NCBI GenBank assembly: GCA_965227775.1
Contig: OZ245777.1
Coordinates: 3,200,001 to 3,264,000 of the forward strand
Source: Phycisphaerales bacterium
GTDB lineage: Bacteria; Planctomycetota; Phycisphaerae; Phycisphaerales; UBA1924
Length of the DNA: 64,000 nt
Reading direction: 5' to 3'
Shown: positions 58,706 to 64,000 of the stretch, piece after piece
Layout: each line of letters starts with the position of its first letter
Numbering within the stretch: the first letter of the stretch is position 1
The notes under the pieces: model-generated
The model's database searches: none
What the model was told of the DNA's origin: nothing
Seen by the model: only the letters and a program-made list of their open reading frames with translations
Position numbers and translations under genes: made by a program

Positions 58706-59507
58706 GATTGAGCAACACGCGATGGCCGACCATGAGGTGGGCGAGGAGATCGCACCAGGCGTCACGATCACGCGGCGGCGCATCCTGCAAGTTGGCCTGG
58801 CTGGCGCCCTCGGCGTGAGCGCCGCCGGCTTGCTCGCGGGATGCGCCACGAGAGCGAGGACGAACGGCACGAGCGAATCTGACGCGAAGCCGATGACAAT
58901 CGACCAGCTGATGGCCGATCTGAGGCCGCGAGCCCAGAAGATGATTGCCTCGGACAATCCCGACGAGGCGTCCTACCTCTCGGCGGTGTCGATGCTTCTG
59001 GCCCGCTACCAGCCCGAGGAGCCGTGGCGGCTGCGCGACCCCGGCCAGCGCGGCTTTAGCATCAACACGCTGGGATGGATGCCGCCGGTCGTCGTCTTCG
59101 ATATTCGCATGGAGCCGGGCTCGACGATCCACCTGCACGATCACCGCCACTACAACGGCGTGCTGCAGTGCCTCGAGGGCGAAGTACGGTGCCGAAACTT
59201 CGATATCGTCACCGACGCAACCCAGCCCGGCGCCCCGGCCCTGGACATCGCCGCCGGCGAGGTCCCGCCCGTGGGTCAGGACTTCCTCATCCGCCAGAAC
59301 GCCGATACCGTGCTTACCCGCGGAAAGCTCTCAACGCTGTCGCGCGACCGTGACAACATCCATCACGTCGAGGCAGGGCCCGATGGATGCAAGCTCGCCG
59401 ACGTGTTCACGTACTTCCGTCGCGAGGCCCGCTCATACGAGCTGGCGTGGGACGCGCAGCCCACGACGCGCAACGGCGACACGTACAAGGTGGCGTGGAA
59501 GGCCTGA
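58683..59507 (+). CDS. Tat-exported lipoprotein cupin, thiol dioxygenase-like (PCO/ADO/CDO superfamily)
   Basis: TRRRIL twin-arginine motif, LAGC lipobox, IHLHDH, DNIH, LADVF. Confidence 0.68.
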   Translation: MQFWTLDEIEQHAMADHEVGEEIAPGVTITRRRILQVGLAGALGVSAAGLLAGCATRARTNGTSESDAKPMTIDQLMADLRPRAQKMIASDNPDEASYLSAVSMLLARYQPEEPWRLRDPGQRGFSINTLGWMPPVVVFDIRMEPGSTIHLHDHRHYNGVLQCLEGEVRCRNFDIVTDATQPGAPALDIAAGEVPPVGQDFLIRQNADTVLTRGKLSTLSRDRDNIHHVEAGPDGCKLADVFTYFRREARSYELAWDAQPTTRNGDTYKVAWKA

Positions 59508-59549
59508 GACGCGTCACCTCGGCTGACCCGGCGTGAGATGTGTGTGCGT

Positions 59550-61241
59550 TCAGCCGCAGCCCGCGTCAAACGCCGTCTGGAATGCGAGGAAGTCGAAGAT
59601 CGTCAGCTCGCCATCGCCGTCGAAGTCCACACGCAGGTCGCCCGCGTCGAACGCGGCCTGGAATGCGAGGAAGTCGAAGATCGTCAGCTCACCGTCGCCG
59701 TCGAAGTCGGCCGGACACAGGCCACCGAGGAGCGAATCGACGGCGGCGGCCATGTCGGGCAGCGGCCCGATGTTCCCGCCCGCTCCTTGTGGCTTTCCGG
59801 TGTCCATGAGCAGCTGGCGCAGCTCGAGGGGGTCCATCGGCTCGCCGGTCGCTGCGCGGTGGATGCCCTGCAGGCTGACGACCGCCGAGGCCACGATGGG
59901 GCTGGCCGAGCTGGTACCGCTAAAGAATCGTGTGTACGACTGGCGCTCGTCGCCGCCGATCACGATGAAGTCGCCGTAGCCGGCGGTGAACACGTTCTGG
60001 CCCCAGGCCTGCACGTTAACGCGATCGCCGTACGTGCTGAACCACAGCGTGCTGCGAGCACCGGTAGATGTGCCAGCACCGACGATGATCGCGCCACTAT
60101 CGCCGCGACTGCGATACTCGGCGTATACCGGCGAGTCGAGATCTTGGGTACCGTTGCCCGCGGCCGCCACGATGGAGATGCCGCGATCGGTGCCCACGTT
60201 CGTCACCAGCCACACCGAGGGATCAAGCTCGGCCGGGCCGTAGTCGCCGCCCGGACCCGTGATCTGCATCTCCAGCAGCACCACGTCGCCCGCGCCCATC
60301 GTGCCGATGGCGCGCGAGATCGCCGGCACACGCCTGGGACCGCTCTCGGACCACTCGGGAAAGAAGTACGCCTGAGCATCGGGCACCAGCCCGGTCACGC
60401 CATAGCCGTTGTCGCCGCCGACCATCTGGCCCAGCACGGCCGTCCCGTGCTCAAACCAACGCTCGGTGATGACCCACGCGGGTGGTGACTGGCCGGGCTC
60501 GGGGATGACGTCGCACAGGTCCTCGTGCTCGCCGTCGAACCAGTACTCGCAGTCGGCAACGTTGACGCCCTGGCCGCGGCCGCCGGGCACGCCCCATGCC
60601 GCGGGCATATTGATGCCGAAGTCCTCGCCGTGGTAGCCCTGGAGATTAAAGAAGTCGCCCGTGCTCGGCGCGATGTCGAAGCACGCGTCGGGATCGCCAC
60701 CAAAGTAGCCGGGCGGCGTCGGCCGCAGCTGCTCATAGTGAACGTACTCGGTCAGGTCGCTGGCGTGCAGCACCCGCGCGATGGCGTCGAGCGCCACGCC
60801 GCCAGCACGAACGACCATGATGCCCGCGAGGTCTGGCTGGGCCCGCCCGCTGCGCGCCGCCGCATCGGCAAGCATCGCGTCGAGTTCGGCTTGGGGAATG
60901 TCGATCAGCGGACGAAACGCGATGGCGGCATCACCCGCTCCCTGAAGCGCAGCGAGTTCGTCAAGCAGCGGCTGCAAGTCGACGCCGGTCGCGCTATAGA
61001 GTGCGTTCTGCCTATCCACGCGGGCCCGGACGCGGTCGGCAAACTTGACCGTAAGCCGATGCTCGAACGACGGCCGTTCGGCCAGCGGTGCCTTCGTCAG
61101 AGCCACTCGCGGCTCAAGCACCGCGCCACTGCGGGCGTCATCGGCCCATGCCGGCGCGCCACACACGCCCACAGAAATGATGAATCCCGCCAGCGTTGCG
61201 ATGGTCCGCGTTTCTCGCCTGGGCTTGCTGCGCAAGGTCAT
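59550..61241 (-). CDS. S8 subtilisin-like serine peptidase with C-terminal GC-type dockerin-like domain
   Basis: Triad ADCEY / EHGTAVLG / GTSSASP, oxyanion AAGNG; tail CPADFDGDGELTIFDFLAFQ x2 ending GCG. Confidence 0.9.
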   Translation of the reverse strand: MTLRSKPRRETRTIATLAGFIISVGVCGAPAWADDARSGAVLEPRVALTKAPLAERPSFEHRLTVKFADRVRARVDRQNALYSATGVDLQPLLDELAALQGAGDAAIAFRPLIDIPQAELDAMLADAAARSGRAQPDLAGIMVVRAGGVALDAIARVLHASDLTEYVHYEQLRPTPPGYFGGDPDACFDIAPSTGDFFNLQGYHGEDFGINMPAAWGVPGGRGQGVNVADCEYWFDGEHEDLCDVIPEPGQSPPAWVITERWFEHGTAVLGQMVGGDNGYGVTGLVPDAQAYFFPEWSESGPRRVPAISRAIGTMGAGDVVLLEMQITGPGGDYGPAELDPSVWLVTNVGTDRGISIVAAAGNGTQDLDSPVYAEYRSRGDSGAIIVGAGTSTGARSTLWFSTYGDRVNVQAWGQNVFTAGYGDFIVIGGDERQSYTRFFSGTSSASPIVASAVVSLQGIHRAATGEPMDPLELRQLLMDTGKPQGAGGNIGPLPDMAAAVDSLLGGLCPADFDGDGELTIFDFLAFQAAFDAGDLRVDFDGDGELTIFDFLAFQTAFDAGCG

Positions 61242-61644
61242 TCTCCCCCAAGTGTCCAACCCACGCGCCGCCACTTCGACACCGCCGCACGGACTGCGTG
61301 TGTAAATACGTACTCGATCGCGGTCGTGTTTCGCTGCGGCGAGATCGTTTGGGGCGCTTGGAGCGGTTGGAAGAGGCGACCTGGCATCGCGGAGCGTGCA
61401 CAAACCCGCCCCAGAACCAGAGTACCGAACTATCTTTCACTCTCGATCGCGTGCGAACGGGAGTGTCCTGCTTTGGATCGAAGATACCCGCTCCGACTTC
61501 GGGAACCGGAGGTCTGTTCGAGTTCTGCGTGGTGCCCAACATCCAAGGACGACAAAAAGCGATCCGAAAGCTCTTGCGATCGGTACACGTTTCTGGTATC
61601 TTGACGCAACCGTCCGACGCGGTCGTGGGTGAGGGGAGAGAGAT

Positions 61645-63654
61645 ATGTCCAACTCGAAGCACGTGCGCGCCGTTCCGGCGATCCACCAGCAAGCAGCGCC
61701 GGCAATGCTTGTATCCGCGGGGCTTGCCGTTCTCGGGCTCACTGCCCCATGCGCGTTGGCCCAGAGCACGATCGAGTGGGCGATCCCGGTGGACGGAGAT
61801 TTCGCCGTGGCGAGCAATTGGCTGCCGGCGGCGGTGCCAGGCGCGATGGACACCGCGGTGCTCGATGGCTTCGGGCCATACCTGGTCACCGTAAACGGAC
61901 TGACACCTGTTGGCACCGTCTTGCTGCAGAATCCCGAAGCATCGCTGCTCGTCCGGCCGGGCGCATCGCTCACGGTTGGCGAGCTAAGAGGCGCAGGCAA
62001 GCTGCTCATCAGCGATGGTACCAGCGACAGCCAAGCGGAACTCATTGTCGAGAACGGTGTGACGATCGACGCGAACATCCGCCTTGGTGGAACACGGACG
62101 GACCGTGCCCGGATCCGCGGGCTCGGCTCGTCGAACAGGCTCGGCCGCAACGCGGTGATCTCGGCCGAGAGCGGGGACAGTGGCTCCATCGTCGGGCCGT
62201 GGACGAGCGAGGCAACGATCATCAAGGACGGGCCCGGCACGCTGAACGCCAGCGGGCTGGACATCACCGGCGGCACGCTGCGCAGCAACAACGGCGGGCT
62301 GCTGATCCTCGGCAACGCAACTGTGACCGGCGCGACCTTCGAGGTCGGGCCCGATTCCCGGTTCGTGACCAACCAGAACACGGTCGTCTCGGCCTCGACC
62401 TTCGAGGGCGAGTTCACGATCCGCGGCGGGCAGGACATCACGTTCGGCGGCGGCGTGTTCCTGCGAGACGGCCTGATCATCAACGACCCCGGCGGCAGCG
62501 GCACCGCCAGGCTGTTTGTGGAGGATCGCGTCACGCTCAGTGGCCCCATCCGGCTGGAGGGCGCAACCTCGGGCGGGCAGATCATCGGGCTGGGCGACGA
62601 GCACTTCCTCGGGCCCGACGCGGTCATCTCCGGCGAGCGCGGGTCGATCGTCGGGCCGTGGACGAGCGAGGCGACGATCATCAAGGATGAGCCGGGCGGC
62701 TTCGGCCTCTCGGGCCTGAACATCGTCGGGGGCACGCTGCACGCCAGCAACGGCGGGCGGCTGGACATCGCCGGTGCCAGGATCCTCAACACAACCATCG
62801 AAGCGGGGCCGGGCGGCATCTTCCGCACGACGCGCGACACCAACGTGTCGGACTCAACCATCGTGGGCGACTACACGATCTTGAGCGGGCAACGCCTCAC
62901 GTTCGACTTTGGCGTGGAAGTGCAGGGCAGCCTGACCATCAACGCGCCGGGCATCGCCGCCCAGACGGAGCTTTACGTTGAGAACGGCGTGACGCTCGAC
63001 TTCCCGATCCGTTTGGCGGGCGCGGGGGGCAGCCGGCTCTTCGGGCTCGGCGACTCCCACGCGCTCGGGCCCGACGCGATCATCACCGGCGCCAACGGCA
63101 GGCTCATTGGATCGTGGAACAGCGGAGCAACGATCTCTCCCGGAGACGCGACCAGCCCCATCGGCCTGCTCGAATTCAGCGGGCCGGCACTGACACTGAC
63201 GCCGCACTCGCGCCTTGAGATCGACTTGGCGGGGACTGGCGACGACGAGTTCGACCGCTTCGAGGGCGTTGCGTTTCCCCCCGGGCCCACCACCGCCGTC
63301 ATCGAGCTCGACGGCGCTCTCGAAGTCGGCTTCGCCCACGATTTTGCGCCAGACGAGCGCGACCGGTTCGAGATCATCCGAGCGGCGGCGGTCGACGGCA
63401 CGTTCGCCAGCATCGACATCGAGCCGGTCGGGGCCGTCGGTCCAGCCCACGTCGTGTACACGGGCGACGCGGTTGTAGTCGTGATCTGCGCCGCCGACCG
63501 CGACGGCGACGGCGAGCTGACCATCTTCGACTTCCTCGCGTTCCAGAACCAGTTCGACGCGGGCGATCTGCGAGCAGACCTGGATGGTGATGGTGAGCTG
63601 ACCATATTTGATTTCCTGGTGTTCCAGAACCGCTTCGACGCCGGATGTTCGTAG
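61645..63654 (+). CDS. Secreted beta-helix-like repeat protein with C-terminal GC-type dockerin-like domain
   Basis: Signal peptide, ASNW.P..VPG..D N-terminal motif, about 153-aa internal repeats, tail CAADRDGDGELTIFDF x2 ending GCS. Confidence 0.85.
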   Translation: MSNSKHVRAVPAIHQQAAPAMLVSAGLAVLGLTAPCALAQSTIEWAIPVDGDFAVASNWLPAAVPGAMDTAVLDGFGPYLVTVNGLTPVGTVLLQNPEASLLVRPGASLTVGELRGAGKLLISDGTSDSQAELIVENGVTIDANIRLGGTRTDRARIRGLGSSNRLGRNAVISAESGDSGSIVGPWTSEATIIKDGPGTLNASGLDITGGTLRSNNGGLLILGNATVTGATFEVGPDSRFVTNQNTVVSASTFEGEFTIRGGQDITFGGGVFLRDGLIINDPGGSGTARLFVEDRVTLSGPIRLEGATSGGQIIGLGDEHFLGPDAVISGERGSIVGPWTSEATIIKDEPGGFGLSGLNIVGGTLHASNGGRLDIAGARILNTTIEAGPGGIFRTTRDTNVSDSTIVGDYTILSGQRLTFDFGVEVQGSLTINAPGIAAQTELYVENGVTLDFPIRLAGAGGSRLFGLGDSHALGPDAIITGANGRLIGSWNSGATISPGDATSPIGLLEFSGPALTLTPHSRLEIDLAGTGDDEFDRFEGVAFPPGPTTAVIELDGALEVGFAHDFAPDERDRFEIIRAAAVDGTFASIDIEPVGAVGPAHVVYTGDAVVVVICAADRDGDGELTIFDFLAFQNQFDAGDLRADLDGDGELTIFDFLVFQNRFDAGCS

Positions 63655-63739
63655 TTCGCATAGCGCTGCGTAGAGCTCGCAAGCCCCTAAGGCGTTGACA
63701 CGCGGAAGACGCCAGGCCGAGGCAACGTCGCGACACGCA

Positions 63740-64000
63740 TCAATCCGCCGCTGCGACGAGGTTCGTTTCCGCCGCCGCCCTCGTCTCAACCACCAACCGC
63801 CGCTGCGCTTCCGTCGGAAGCGAGCACTGCTCGACGCGGCCAAAGACCTTGTAGCGGTGCCGCGCGATGAACCGGTAGCAGGCGTCGCGGATGGGGCGGG
63901 GCATGATCTTGAGCATGGCCGCGAGCGACCAGGGGAACCTGAGCAGGCGGGCAATGGCGATGGCGGCGTTGCTCTCCACGCGCGCATGATCCTCGTAGAT
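63740..64000 (-). CDS. DCC1-like (DUF393) thiol-disulfide oxidoreductase, 5' partial
   Basis: SNAAIAI...PRPIRDACYRFIARHRYKVFG...C; frame stays open to the window edge. Confidence 0.8.
   Translation of the reverse strand: MYEDHARVESNAAIAIARLLRFPWSLAAMLKIMPRPIRDACYRFIARHRYKVFGRVEQCSLPTEAQRRLVVETRAAAETNLVAAAD

Overview
High-GC bacterial DNA, most likely a Phycisphaerales-type planctomycete. This assignment rests on GC-type dockerin tails, an IPAP-type PEP-CTERM tail, an LExRxLL leader and a DUF1570-like protein. Both flanks are mostly housekeeping genes: comM/yifB, accBC, nuoH, uppS, purA, hemW, rluA-family and an FHA-GspE ATPase on the left; tricorn protease, fmt/def, kdsB, pyrG, panC, gcvT, crcB and hmgA on the right. 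The middle (about 16.0-38.5 kb) is an accessory block that ends at the 3' end of a tRNA-Ala(TGC). It carries a UDG, a frameshifted YHS gene, a GGDEF / HEAT-repeat / HD-GYP c-di-GMP operon whose last two proteins share an unnamed N-terminal domain, and an imuA-imuB-dnaE2-SRAP cassette. It also carries a 1344-aa LExRxLL cadherin-type adhesin followed by PilZ, GAF-MFP, RRE-like/M50-peptidase/MFP and MFP genes, with no ABC transporter or TolC in the window. That locus is the best candidate for an undescribed system: a leader-peptide-directed, ABC-independent, c-di-GMP-linked export machine. A second candidate is a three-gene operon with a palindromic operator at 57.5-59.5 kb, encoding a Cys/His-rich small membrane protein, a lipoprotein and a Tat-exported PCO/ADO-like thiol dioxygenase. 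No CRISPR array, rRNA, integrase or transposase was seen. All family calls come from reading motifs by eye; no database search was run.
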